From a bacterium (lineage in GTDB: Bacteria; T1Sed10-126): a stretch of DNA of 64,000 nt. Shown here piece after piece: positions 19,160-28,478 of the stretch; position 1 is the first letter of the stretch, and every line of letters begins with the position of its first letter. Under the pieces are notes generated by a model. It searched no databases. It was given only the letters and a program-made list of their open reading frames with translations, and was not told the origin of the DNA. The DNA is taken from assembly GCA_003554945.1 (NCBI GenBank), contig PWHN01000099.1, positions 9,289-73,288 on the forward strand, written 5' to 3'. A program made the translations under genes and the position numbers.

Positions 19160-21712
19160 TCAACCTTCAGAAAGAAGTTCAGCCTCTTCAGCGGTGCGTT
19201 CTCGCATTTCAATGGCTCCCACGGGACAGAGTTTGTGACACATGCCACAACCGATACAGAGTTCGGCGTCTGTCTCGGGGTAATTTTCATCATCCATTTC
19301 AATAGCCAGGTAAGGACAGCGAGTGCAGTTTCCACACTGCACACAGAGGTCTCGATCCTGGTCGGAAATCGGTTTTTCATCGGACAGCTCCATAAAGTCG
19401 CGGACAGGTTCGGGCAGCATAACCCCGATGAGTTCGTCCATCGACTCGATACCACGTTCGGCCATCAAGTGACTGACACCGGAAGTAAGTTCTTTGACGA
19501 TGTCATAACCCATAGCCGTGGGCATGGTGCAGAACTGAGCTGTTTCACAGCCGAGAGCCAGGAAGTCAGCGGCCGTTTTGTAGTTCATCGGGCCGCCATT
19601 ACCGGATATGGCAACGTTAAGAGGCGTTGCTTTGGCCAGGGTGTGGTAGTTGATGTTGAGAACCCCGCGGCCACTCATGCCGGCGACAACTCCTTCTTCC
19701 CAGGTTTTCTCCTCGTTATCCTGCAGGGCAAGAGAAGGGAAGGTGTTGCCCAGTGTGATACCGGCTCGTTGTTCCGGATATTCAGCAAAGACTTCTTTAA
19801 TTCGATTGATTACAGTTTCGATTGCGGTTACGGCCGGAGTAAGTTTAAAAAGCTTGGGTACTTCGGGATCACTTTCGCTTAGCACCCACTCAATCACCTG
19901 TGCCGAGAGGTCGGGACTCTGGGCGACGATGTCACCCTCAGTGCCTTCGCCCCCCTGCGGACAGGAGAGGCTGTATTCAATCAGTTGAGCGCCGGCATCT
20001 TCCAGCCGCTTGGTGTTACTCTGCCAGCCTTTGGCGTCCTCGCTTTCATTACCGGTAACCGGTCCGCCAGTCGAGGCGGCAACCAGTTTGTCGGGAAATT
20101 CCTGGCGCAGTTCATCAATTTCTCCACAAACACGGTCAAGCAGGTGGCCGGAGACGTTGTCGCAGTTGGCATAAGTCTCGTCGTCGTATTGATACATGTA
20201 ATGACCGGGGATGTGGATAGGACCTTCAGCAAAAGAGGTTTTCATAATTCCGCCGGCCCAGCCTGCTTCAAAAGCCAGCTTCATCTGTTCGTAGCCGTCC
20301 GTCGGAGGCGCGGCGGATAGCAGGAAGGGGTGTTCAAGTTCCAGGTTGAAGAAAGTGGTGTTCAGCGGAACCGGATGTCTACCAAACCCGGGTATTTCTA
20401 TGGTGCTTTTAACGGCTCCAAACTCGTTACGCTCAAACTCGGGAATATTTTCACCGTCGAAATAGGCGCTGACCTGTTCAGCGGTGTTTTTTCCAGCGGC
20501 TGAACCTTCGACTACCGTGGTAGGACCTTCGGCACAGTCGCCAGCGTAAAAAATTGCGTCGTTGTCTGAGGTTTCTACCTCCGAGGTGGCGCCAATAGCG
20601 AAAATAACAGTGTCGATATCGTTACGGGTGATTTCCGAGTTGGGGATTGGCTCAATTGCGTCAAGCGAGAACTCATCGCCGTTTAATTCTATTTTTCGGG
20701 CTGTAATTCCAACTATCTTGTCGGAAGAGTTGGAGTGAATAGTATCCACCTGAACTCGACCGTTAACGTCAATTCCACTACCGGTTAGCTCATCCATTTC
20801 TTTGGCGGTGAGCGGCATCTCACTTAGTTTCTCCAGGGAAAACAGTTCTACTCTTTCAGCTCCCTGCTGGTCGGCCACAACTGCACAGTCGTAGGCTGTG
20901 GCACCGCCGCCAATAACCGCGACGTTATCGCCCAGTTCAAATTCTTCCGGTGATTCCAAAAACTCCAGCCCGGCAATTCCTAACTCCTGGTTCGGTATAC
21001 CCGGATAAAGTGGATTCCAGAGTCCAACAGCGACTACAACAGCCTCAAAATCGTCAAGAAGCTGTTCGGGGTCTTCAATTTCAACTCCGGTTTCAAGAGT
21101 GATATTGTCAAGTTCCAACAGCCACTCAATATCCGTGCGCAGAGTTTCATCGTCAAGTCGAAACTCAGGGATCAAACGGCACATACCACCGGGTTCGTCG
21201 GCCCGTTCATAAATTGTTACCGGATGACCTCGTTGAGCTAACAGAGCGGCGGCACCGAGTCCAGCGGGTCCGGAACCAATTACCGCAACCGGCTCGCCTG
21301 TGGCTTCCGGTGACTCCAGCACCGGCATAACGCCGAGCTGCTTGGCTTTTTCAACAACTGTTGCCTGGACGGCGGGTATTTCTACCGGACCGTCAAAATC
21401 TTTGTGAGTACATTGTGCCATGCAGTGTTTGTCAGGACAGACTAAACCACAAATGCCACCAAAAGGGTTGTAAGTCATTATTTCGGCGGCGGAGCGGCGG
21501 TAGTCGGCGTCTTCACCAACTTCAGCGGCTTTTATAAAGTCTGCGGGTGAACAGTCGGCGGGACAGCCGTCACGGCAAGGTTTTTCCTCACAATATTCAC
21601 ATTTCTCAATTTCAGCTTTAAGCTGTGCGTCGGTAAGAAAAAGGTTGGTGTGATAGACTGAATCGTCGGGATCACTGGGGATGGGTTCTCTCTGTTTTAT
21701 AATGTCACTCAC
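19160..21712 (-). CDS. Fused dihydropyrimidine-dehydrogenase-like Fe-S flavoprotein (PreT/GltD-like domain + PreA/DHODH-like barrel + 2x[4Fe-4S] ferredoxin)
   Basis: N-terminal Cys clusters (CEYCEEKPCRDGCP, NPFGGICGLVCPDKHCMAQC). Two GxGxxG Rossmann motifs (VAVIGSGPAGLGAA; VAVIGGGATAYDCA). DHODH/DPD-like SLSCPQ motif. C-terminal CVQCGNCTRCP and CIGCGMCHKLCP. Confidence 0.75.
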   Translation of the reverse strand: MSDIIKQREPIPSDPDDSVYHTNLFLTDAQLKAEIEKCEYCEEKPCRDGCPADCSPADFIKAAEVGEDADYRRSAAEIMTYNPFGGICGLVCPDKHCMAQCTHKDFDGPVEIPAVQATVVEKAKQLGVMPVLESPEATGEPVAVIGSGPAGLGAAALLAQRGHPVTIYERADEPGGMCRLIPEFRLDDETLRTDIEWLLELDNITLETGVEIEDPEQLLDDFEAVVVAVGLWNPLYPGIPNQELGIAGLEFLESPEEFELGDNVAVIGGGATAYDCAVVADQQGAERVELFSLEKLSEMPLTAKEMDELTGSGIDVNGRVQVDTIHSNSSDKIVGITARKIELNGDEFSLDAIEPIPNSEITRNDIDTVIFAIGATSEVETSDNDAIFYAGDCAEGPTTVVEGSAAGKNTAEQVSAYFDGENIPEFERNEFGAVKSTIEIPGFGRHPVPLNTTFFNLELEHPFLLSAAPPTDGYEQMKLAFEAGWAGGIMKTSFAEGPIHIPGHYMYQYDDETYANCDNVSGHLLDRVCGEIDELRQEFPDKLVAASTGGPVTGNESEDAKGWQSNTKRLEDAGAQLIEYSLSCPQGGEGTEGDIVAQSPDLSAQVIEWVLSESDPEVPKLFKLTPAVTAIETVINRIKEVFAEYPEQRAGITLGNTFPSLALQDNEEKTWEEGVVAGMSGRGVLNINYHTLAKATPLNVAISGNGGPMNYKTAADFLALGCETAQFCTMPTAMGYDIVKELTSGVSHLMAERGIESMDELIGVMLPEPVRDFMELSDEKPISDQDRDLCVQCGNCTRCPYLAIEMDDENYPETDAELCIGCGMCHKLCPVGAIEMRERTAEEAELLSEG

Positions 21713-22065
21713 GTTAACGCCTCCTTAAAAGATAGGTATTCATTTTCTACACCAGTAAATTATAATCACGAAGTATGGTAAAAAGTCAAGTCAGTAATAC
21801 GAAAATCGCAGAAAATAAATGAAGGTTATCCGCTAAAGTTCTGCCTGAAGAGCTAAAAAACTCATCTTGCATTACCTGCAAAAGGAGGAATGCATGGTAA
21901 CCGGTGTGCGAACATGAATTGCCGACTTAAGTCTGGCCTGACGTTATTTGAACGGGAACCGACAATTTCGGACTTCTTGGAGTGGGTTCAAAGTTTTTTT
22001 AGTGGTTGTGCTGTGATAAAATTAGTTTATCGCACAGATTTTTAATTTTCGGTGAGGAGAGTGCT

Positions 22066-22983
22066 ATGGAAAACAGAGATCTGGTTCGGATTGTTACTAA
22101 TTCAGACCTCGATGCAATTGTATCAGCAGTGCTATTGCGGCGTGTCCTGCCGGTGGGGGCGGTAAAATTTGTTCCCCTGGAAGACGTCAAAACGGGTAAG
22201 TTCAAGGTGAGTCCTGTAGACGTAGTTGTAAATATGCCCTATATTGAAGGATGCAGCCTCTGGTTTGACCATCACGCCAGCAACCGCGAACCGGATGAAT
22301 TTGAAGGGCGTTACAATCCTAAAGCACCGAGTGCCGCCCGGGTTATTTACAACTACTATCGCAAACGTGATCTTGCCACCAGGTTCGCCGGACTGGAACA
22401 CCTCTTGAAGGAGACCGACCGGGTAGATAACGCTGATTTTAAGCGTGACGATATCATAAATCCGAGTGGTGCTGTGTTGTTGAGTTTCCTTATCGATTCT
22501 CATCCACTGGCCAACCACAGCGTTGCTGAAAATCAGCTTCTGATTGAGCTATTGGATAAAGGTGGAGCTAAAGCTGCTCTCGATCATACCATTTTCAACA
22601 AAAGAGCCGAAAGATTTTTGAAGAATCTTGAACGAGGCAAAAAAATCATGGCCCAACATATCAGGAATGAAAACGGGCTGTTGATAATGGACTATCGTAA
22701 ATTGACCGAAAAACAGCGCCAGCTCTGTCAAAATAAATTTATCCCTTTTATCCTTGACCCTGAAGCACATTCGTTTCTCAGGATAAAAGAGCTTAATGAG
22801 AATAAAGTGAAACTGGGTTTAGGCTACAATATGTTTTGGCCTGAAGAAGAGTGTCCGGCCCATTTTGGTAATCTCCTGGCTCGTTTTGAGGGCGGCGGCC
22901 ACCGACGCGCCGCCGGTTGTGCAGTCAAAAAGTCCCGATTAAAAGTAGTGATTCAACAGATCAAGTCCGCCTTGAAAAAATAA
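22066..22983 (+). CDS. DHH/DHHA1-family phosphoesterase (NrnA-like)
   Basis: GGTGAGGAG RBS before the ATG at 22066; the upstream TTG/ATG alternative in the ORF track was rejected. NSDLDAIVSA (motif I), WFDHHASN (DHH) and a C-terminal GGGHRRAAG (DHHA1 GGGH). Confidence 0.55.
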   Translation: MENRDLVRIVTNSDLDAIVSAVLLRRVLPVGAVKFVPLEDVKTGKFKVSPVDVVVNMPYIEGCSLWFDHHASNREPDEFEGRYNPKAPSAARVIYNYYRKRDLATRFAGLEHLLKETDRVDNADFKRDDIINPSGAVLLSFLIDSHPLANHSVAENQLLIELLDKGGAKAALDHTIFNKRAERFLKNLERGKKIMAQHIRNENGLLIMDYRKLTEKQRQLCQNKFIPFILDPEAHSFLRIKELNENKVKLGLGYNMFWPEEECPAHFGNLLARFEGGGHRRAAGCAVKKSRLKVVIQQIKSALKK

Positions 22984-23015
22984 TTTGACTAATCTTTATT
23001 ACAGGAGTTTGACAC

Positions 23016-23606
23016 ATGTATTCATACGTTTGTGGCGAGTTGATAGAAAAAGGAAAAGATAGGGCTATAGTGGAAACCAAAGGTGGAATTGGCTACGAAC
23101 TTTTTATCGCCGACGGTGAACGGGCCCGTTTCCCTTCGGCCGGTGATCCCGTTAAGCTATATACTCATCTGTATGTGCGCGAGGATCAACAGAAACTGTA
23201 TGGATTTATTAAGCGTGCCAACCGGGATTTTTTTCGTCAGTTACAGCAGTTATCAGGAGTAGGGCCAAGCATGGCGCTGGCCGTTCTCTCCGATCTCGGG
23301 GCTGATCGTTTTCGGAAAGCCGTCCAGGAACAGGACCTGGATACCTTAAAAACAATAAAAGGGGTTGGCAAAAAAACAGCGCAGCGTTTGATTGTTGAGC
23401 TGGCCGAGAAATTACCTGCTCAACCAGTTGCCGCTGACAGCGGAACACAAAAGATGAGCGAAGAGGCTCTGGAGGCCCTGCTGGGCCTTGGTTTTCCACA
23501 GAAAGAAGCAACCCGTATGGTTAAAAAAGCGCTGGAGGCAGAGGACCACGAGACGCTTGAAGATCTAATAAGTGCGGCACTTCGGGGTTCGGAGACGGCC
23601 TCTTAA
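23016..23606 (+). CDS. ruvA: Holliday junction DNA helicase RuvA
   Basis: MYSYVCGELIEK...GIGYELFI... The HhH region LQQLSGVGPSMALAVLS and IKGVGKKTAQRLIVEL. Confidence 0.9.
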   Translation: MYSYVCGELIEKGKDRAIVETKGGIGYELFIADGERARFPSAGDPVKLYTHLYVREDQQKLYGFIKRANRDFFRQLQQLSGVGPSMALAVLSDLGADRFRKAVQEQDLDTLKTIKGVGKKTAQRLIVELAEKLPAQPVAADSGTQKMSEEALEALLGLGFPQKEATRMVKKALEAEDHETLEDLISAALRGSETAS

Positions 23607-23725
23607 ACTAACATTTCATTCAGATCAACAAGCAGTCGATAATCGTTACCAAGAGTGGTATGTCAAAATAGCCGGGAGATAATCCGGAAGATTAGATGGC
23701 GTGAAACGAATTAGGGAGGAAACAG

Positions 23726-24808
23726 ATGAGTGATTTCGAAAGTGCGAATATAAACGAATCCAGTGACTTTGAAGAGCCGCTTACACGAGACGTGGCAAGT
23801 CCGGAGGAGGCGCGGGGGGAGGAAACATTGCGCCCCGCCAAACTCGATGAGTTCATTGGTCAACAGACGGAGAAGGACAACCTGCGGGTATTTATCGAGG
23901 CGACGAGGCAGCGGGGGGAAGCGCTTGACCACGTCCTTTTGCACGGGCCGCCCGGTTTGGGGAAGACTACGCTTGCTCACATTATTGCCAATGAACTCGA
24001 GGTGCCGATTAAATCCACTGCCGGTCCAACGCTTGAACAACCGGGTGATCTGGCTGCCGTGTTGACAAATATTGAATCACGAAGCGTGTTGTTCATTGAT
24101 GAAATTCACCGGTTGTCCCACGTGGTGGAAGAATTTCTCTATCCGGCGATGGAAGATAAAAAAATTGATATTACGATTGGCGAGGGGCCCTCGGCTCGAG
24201 CGGTAAGTCTGGATCTCAACGAATTTACGCTTGTCGGCGCCACAACCCGGGCGGGGCTGTTGACTGAACCTCTCCGCTCTCGTTTTGGTGTCCATACCCG
24301 TCTCAGGTTTTACGAAGAGCCTGAAATGCGCCGAATTATCAGGCGCTCATCCAAAATTCTAGATATTGAGATTAAAGAAGAGGGGGTTGACGAGATAGCC
24401 CGACGTTCCCGGGGAACACCGCGAATAGCTAACCGTCTGTTACGAAGGGTGCGCGATTTTGCTGAAGTTGAGGGAGACGGTCTGATCGACAACGATATAG
24501 CTCAGCATGCTCTGGAGCGACTGGCCGTAGATCAGCAGGGTTTGAAGAGGATGGATAGGGAAATACTTTCCACAATTATTAATCATTTTGACGGGGGACC
24601 GGTAGGAATAAAGACCCTTGCGACAGCAGTTGGAGAAGAAGCCGGAACCATTGAGGAACTGCACGAACCATTTTTGATTCAATCCGGTTATCTTAAGCGA
24701 ACAACCCGGGGTCGAGTTACTACTCGCCGGGCTCGTGAACATCTCGGGATTAAAACAGAGGACAGCGGCCCGAGTCAACCCGGGGAGAGGAGTCTTTTTG
24801 ACGAGTAA
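23726..24808 (+). CDS. ruvB: Holliday junction ATP-dependent DNA helicase RuvB
   Basis: LDEFIGQQ...[23 protein letters not shown] and LFIDEIHRL. Confidence 0.9.
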   Translation: MSDFESANINESSDFEEPLTRDVASPEEARGEETLRPAKLDEFIGQQTEKDNLRVFIEATRQRGEALDHVLLHGPPGLGKTTLAHIIANELEVPIKSTAGPTLEQPGDLAAVLTNIESRSVLFIDEIHRLSHVVEEFLYPAMEDKKIDITIGEGPSARAVSLDLNEFTLVGATTRAGLLTEPLRSRFGVHTRLRFYEEPEMRRIIRRSSKILDIEIKEEGVDEIARRSRGTPRIANRLLRRVRDFAEVEGDGLIDNDIAQHALERLAVDQQGLKRMDREILSTIINHFDGGPVGIKTLATAVGEEAGTIEELHEPFLIQSGYLKRTTRGRVTTRRAREHLGIKTEDSGPSQPGERSLFDE

Positions 24809-26986
24809 ATGTTTTTAACCCGCCTGTTACTGCTCAGCCGTTTATATCTGGAAGTGAGGGGGCGCTGTCTTGAGTTTTTGCCGCTGGCGGTCCGTGATAT
24901 TATTTTTCCCCGCCCGGGAATTCCCTCGGTTTCACTGACGATTGTTTTAATATTGTCTGCTTTATTATTTGTGACGCCGCTTTATGGCGAAGGTTTTAGC
25001 TGGCCTCTTGGCGAACCGACCCAAATTTCGGGATCGTTTGCTGAAATTCGAGGACGCGGCCTGCATGACGGAATAGATTTCTCAACTTTCCATCAGTCCG
25101 GGCGGCGCGTTAAAGCCGTCAAATCCGGCTGGATTGACGAAGTCTATTTTGACCCGGTTCGTTACGGAAAAACGGTTGTGATCGAACATGAATCCGGTTA
25201 TAGAAGCTCCTATTCCCATCTGGCCGGGCTTGCTCCAGAAATAAAAGAAGAACTGCAGGAAGAAATACTACCACGTATGCATATACAGCCGGACAAGCGG
25301 ATAAAAATCAACCGAGGCCAGATTTTAGGTGAAGCCGGGGATACCGGCCGCGGGCCTGTTCACCTGCACTTCAGTTTGAGAGATCCGGAAGGCAATTTCG
25401 TCAATCCTGTCGGTTATTTCGATCCGCCACTTCCTTATAACCCCCGGCCACGAATAGAGGAGGTTGTTTTTATTCCTCTTGACGGTTCGAGTTGGGTTGA
25501 AAATCGCGGGCAGGTTGTCAGTGTCTCACCGACGCGAGAAGATCCCGTAACACTCTGGGGGCGTGTTGCTGTGGCTGTAAAACTCTATAATCTGCATCCG
25601 GGGTCAGCCAATCGTACTCTTCCATACAGGACAGAAATTTTTGTGGACGATGTACTGGTCGGCCACCGGACCTTTAATGAACTATCTCCTGAAGAGACAT
25701 CAGCCGGTGCCTCTGCCAATTATTTAAAAAATAGTTCAAATATTGGGCCGACTAAATATTTTCTTAAGTTAACCGAAGTTGGTCAGACCGACTCCGGGAA
25801 TCGGTATTTAAGTTTTTTTGAGGCTGGGAACAGCGGTGAAATTCGTATTGAGAGTCGTACTAAAACCGGAGAAAAAACCTCTGCAACTATTCCTTATGAA
25901 ACAAAATTACCGCCGCGTCCTCACGATTGGAGCTATCTGAGAAATCAAGCTGCTGAATCTACAGACGGCGGTGAGGGGGAATTTGTCACGACAACCATGA
26001 ACGCTCATCAGCGTGTGCAAAAACAATACTCGCCCCCCCTTGCAGAAGTAGCGGAAGAGACTACTACAATGGACCTTGATATAAGCCGGCTTCATAACCG
26101 GCTTGAGATTCTGGTTGATGTTGAGGGCGGCTGGAAAGACTTTCCAGATTTACATTTGAATAAAGGCGGAGAAACGGAAACGATTGATTTAATTCACAAG
26201 GAACCTGGACGTTTTATAGGCTGGTGGGCGCCGGATTACGACGAACAGGGGTGGTTTTCATTAAAAGCTTCTCTAGACGGTCCAGGCGGCCAAAATAATA
26301 CTGTATCTGATTCTGTTTATGTTCAGGCCATACGCCGCAACCGGCCCGGTGCAGTTGCCAGTCCTGACGGCACTTTTTCATTGTTCTCCGACGGTCGTGG
26401 GCTCAATCATAATTCATTGGTATTCTTTCAAGAACGACCTGAACTTCTCGATAAGGCTGAGGAAGGGCTGGAACCGGTTAGCAGTGCTTTTAAAATTTCT
26501 CCGTCTCATGTCCAGACAACCGGTGAGTTTTATCTGTATGCTTTTGTGCCTGATACTGTTGACCGGCCCAGGCAGGTGGGATTATATCGCTGGAACGAAA
26601 CCGCAGAACGCTGGGAAAACTTGACTTTTGAAAGTTACACCCGGGGGCCAAAGTGGGAACGGGAAGCCAGGGTTTCATCTCTGCCCACTGTGGCTCTGTT
26701 TCACGACCAGATTCCACCCGAAATAGAAGAAGTGAGTTTTCTTTCCGCCGGCCATGAGTTGAAGATTGGTCTCTCGGAGACGCCCTCCGGTTACCACGAC
26801 GAGGACCAGAAAGTATTGTATCAGGGACGAGAGCTTAGCGTTTACTACCACGAGAGCGAGAACAGTCTTATCGTTGATGCCCGACCTCTGGAAAGTGGCG
26901 GCGAAAACGAAGTGCTTGTTAAAGTAAAGGACCGAGCCAGCAACCTTGTTGAAGAAAAAATAACAGTGGAGTCCCGGCAGAATTAA
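24809..26986 (+). CDS. Large secreted M23-family metallopeptidase domain protein
   Basis: HDGIDFS ... GPVHLHFSL matches the M23 HxxxD / HxH zinc motifs. N-terminal hydrophobic segment. Long C-terminal beta-rich extension. Confidence 0.65.
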   Translation: MFLTRLLLLSRLYLEVRGRCLEFLPLAVRDIIFPRPGIPSVSLTIVLILSALLFVTPLYGEGFSWPLGEPTQISGSFAEIRGRGLHDGIDFSTFHQSGRRVKAVKSGWIDEVYFDPVRYGKTVVIEHESGYRSSYSHLAGLAPEIKEELQEEILPRMHIQPDKRIKINRGQILGEAGDTGRGPVHLHFSLRDPEGNFVNPVGYFDPPLPYNPRPRIEEVVFIPLDGSSWVENRGQVVSVSPTREDPVTLWGRVAVAVKLYNLHPGSANRTLPYRTEIFVDDVLVGHRTFNELSPEETSAGASANYLKNSSNIGPTKYFLKLTEVGQTDSGNRYLSFFEAGNSGEIRIESRTKTGEKTSATIPYETKLPPRPHDWSYLRNQAAESTDGGEGEFVTTTMNAHQRVQKQYSPPLAEVAEETTTMDLDISRLHNRLEILVDVEGGWKDFPDLHLNKGGETETIDLIHKEPGRFIGWWAPDYDEQGWFSLKASLDGPGGQNNTVSDSVYVQAIRRNRPGAVASPDGTFSLFSDGRGLNHNSLVFFQERPELLDKAEEGLEPVSSAFKISPSHVQTTGEFYLYAFVPDTVDRPRQVGLYRWNETAERWENLTFESYTRGPKWEREARVSSLPTVALFHDQIPPEIEEVSFLSAGHELKIGLSETPSGYHDEDQKVLYQGRELSVYYHESENSLIVDARPLESGGENEVLVKVKDRASNLVEEKITVESRQN

Positions 26987-27002
26987 ATATCTTCTGAAGT
27001 TT

Positions 27003-27791
27003 TTGCGCGGCTTGCTCGATTTAATTTTACCGGTTAAATGTCTGTTTTGTGACAAACCGGTCAGCTCAAAAAATATTATACCGCTGCCTATTTGTGCAGA
27101 ACACGAGCGTGAACTTCCCCGACTAAATCCGCCCCTTTGCAGATTGTGTGCGCTGCCCCTGGGTGCCCGGGTTGTTCGCCGTCCAAATGAAGCGTCCAGT
27201 CCAGAACCTGATATTAAAAAAATACCCCCCGAGGTCCCTCTCTGTGGAGATTGCCGGCTATCCGTCGTAAAATTTGATTTTGTGCTCGCCTCCTATGCTT
27301 ACTGTGACGAGTTGCGAACTATCGTCCACGACTGGAAATTTAACTCATTTAAATACTGGGGAAGCTGGCTGGGCAGACGCATGGCCCATCAGTTAGAGGG
27401 GGAGTTTGTTCCAGAAAAATGGGATTACCTGGTTCCGTTGCCCCTTTACTTCCGAAAACTCCGTCAGCGAGGCTTTAATCAGGCAGTTCAACTTGCCGAA
27501 CAACTCTCCTATCATTTTGAATTGCCCCTCTTGAAAGCACTGAGAAAGAGCCATGCCACACGCGCTCAGTCAGAGTTAAAATTTAGCGAGCGGTTGGCCA
27601 ACCTGGCCGGTTGTTTTTGCATTTTAGAAGAACAGAAAAGCAAAGTTGTGGACAGTTCCATACTGCTGGTAGACGATATTTATACGACGGGCGCTACCTT
27701 GAAGTGTGCCGCCGATGAACTTCAAAAAGCTGGGGCAAACAGAGTCGCCGGGTTAGTATTGGCCCGTTCGCTTCCTCCCGGTTTTGATTAA
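27003..27791 (+). CDS. comFC: ComF-family protein (ComFC-like phosphoribosyltransferase-domain competence protein)
   Basis: N-terminal Cys pairs (CLFCDKP...CAEH; CRLCALP...CGDC) and the PRTase motif LLVDDIYTTGATL. Confidence 0.7.
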   Translation: MRGLLDLILPVKCLFCDKPVSSKNIIPLPICAEHERELPRLNPPLCRLCALPLGARVVRRPNEASSPEPDIKKIPPEVPLCGDCRLSVVKFDFVLASYAYCDELRTIVHDWKFNSFKYWGSWLGRRMAHQLEGEFVPEKWDYLVPLPLYFRKLRQRGFNQAVQLAEQLSYHFELPLLKALRKSHATRAQSELKFSERLANLAGCFCILEEQKSKVVDSSILLVDDIYTTGATLKCAADELQKAGANRVAGLVLARSLPPGFD

Positions 27792-27977
27792 TTTTCAATA
27801 TAGTCGTTTCACCAGGTGACATTTCTTTCCTGAGTTTCCTCTAAAAAGCTTTTTTCCTCTGCGGAGGCGAGGAGAAAAAATTTTGAGCGAGAACTCTTTC
27901 CTTTTTTCTTTAGCTTTCTTGAATAGTGGCCGAAAATTAACTATGAAAACCACTATTATCGTCGGGAGGAATTTACC

Positions 27978-28472
27978 TTGAGCAAAGAAACGAAACTAAT
28001 AGAAAATTTAGAAGAACTCAATGAAAGACACGAAGTGCTCTTATCTCTACTGGATCGTAAGCTGGAAGCAGTAATTGAACGAGAAATAGATAAGCTTGCT
28101 GAGATTACTGAAGAGGGTAGGGGGCTGGTCAATGATATCAAGAGCTTGCACGAGACGAGGCGCAACCTCTGGGTTGAAGTTGGCGGCGAAGCGGTTATAA
28201 CGGTGGAAGATTTAAGTTCAGAGTTGGACTCGAAGACTGTTGAAAGACTGCAGTCGCTTGCGGAAGATTTACGCCGGAAAAACCGAAAAGTACAGCTCAA
28301 AACTGAACGTATTTCTGAGGTTTTACGCTCAAGAATAGGTGATATAGACCAGGTTTTTGAAACTGTTTTTGAGGTTTTAAACGGTGAGGGACAAGAACAG
28401 ACATACGATGAGAGCGGGCGAAAAAGCGACAAGGAGAACAAACAATCAATGGTTTTTGACGAGGCGGTGTAA
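27978..28472 (+). CDS. flgN: FlgN-like flagellar chaperone (position-based assignment)
   Basis: 164-aa coiled-coil acidic protein directly upstream of flgK. GGGAGG RBS then a TTG start. Confidence 0.5.
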   Translation: MSKETKLIENLEELNERHEVLLSLLDRKLEAVIEREIDKLAEITEEGRGLVNDIKSLHETRRNLWVEVGGEAVITVEDLSSELDSKTVERLQSLAEDLRRKNRKVQLKTERISEVLRSRIGDIDQVFETVFEVLNGEGQEQTYDESGRKSDKENKQSMVFDEAV

Positions 28473-28478
28473 GAGAAA

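Noticed and set aside
21996-22036. Imperfect palindrome ctgtgataaa-attag-tttatcgcacag upstream of the DHH gene
   Set aside because: Only about 10 of 11 bases match, with an indel, and it is a single occurrence. It could be an operator but the evidence is too thin to list as a feature.
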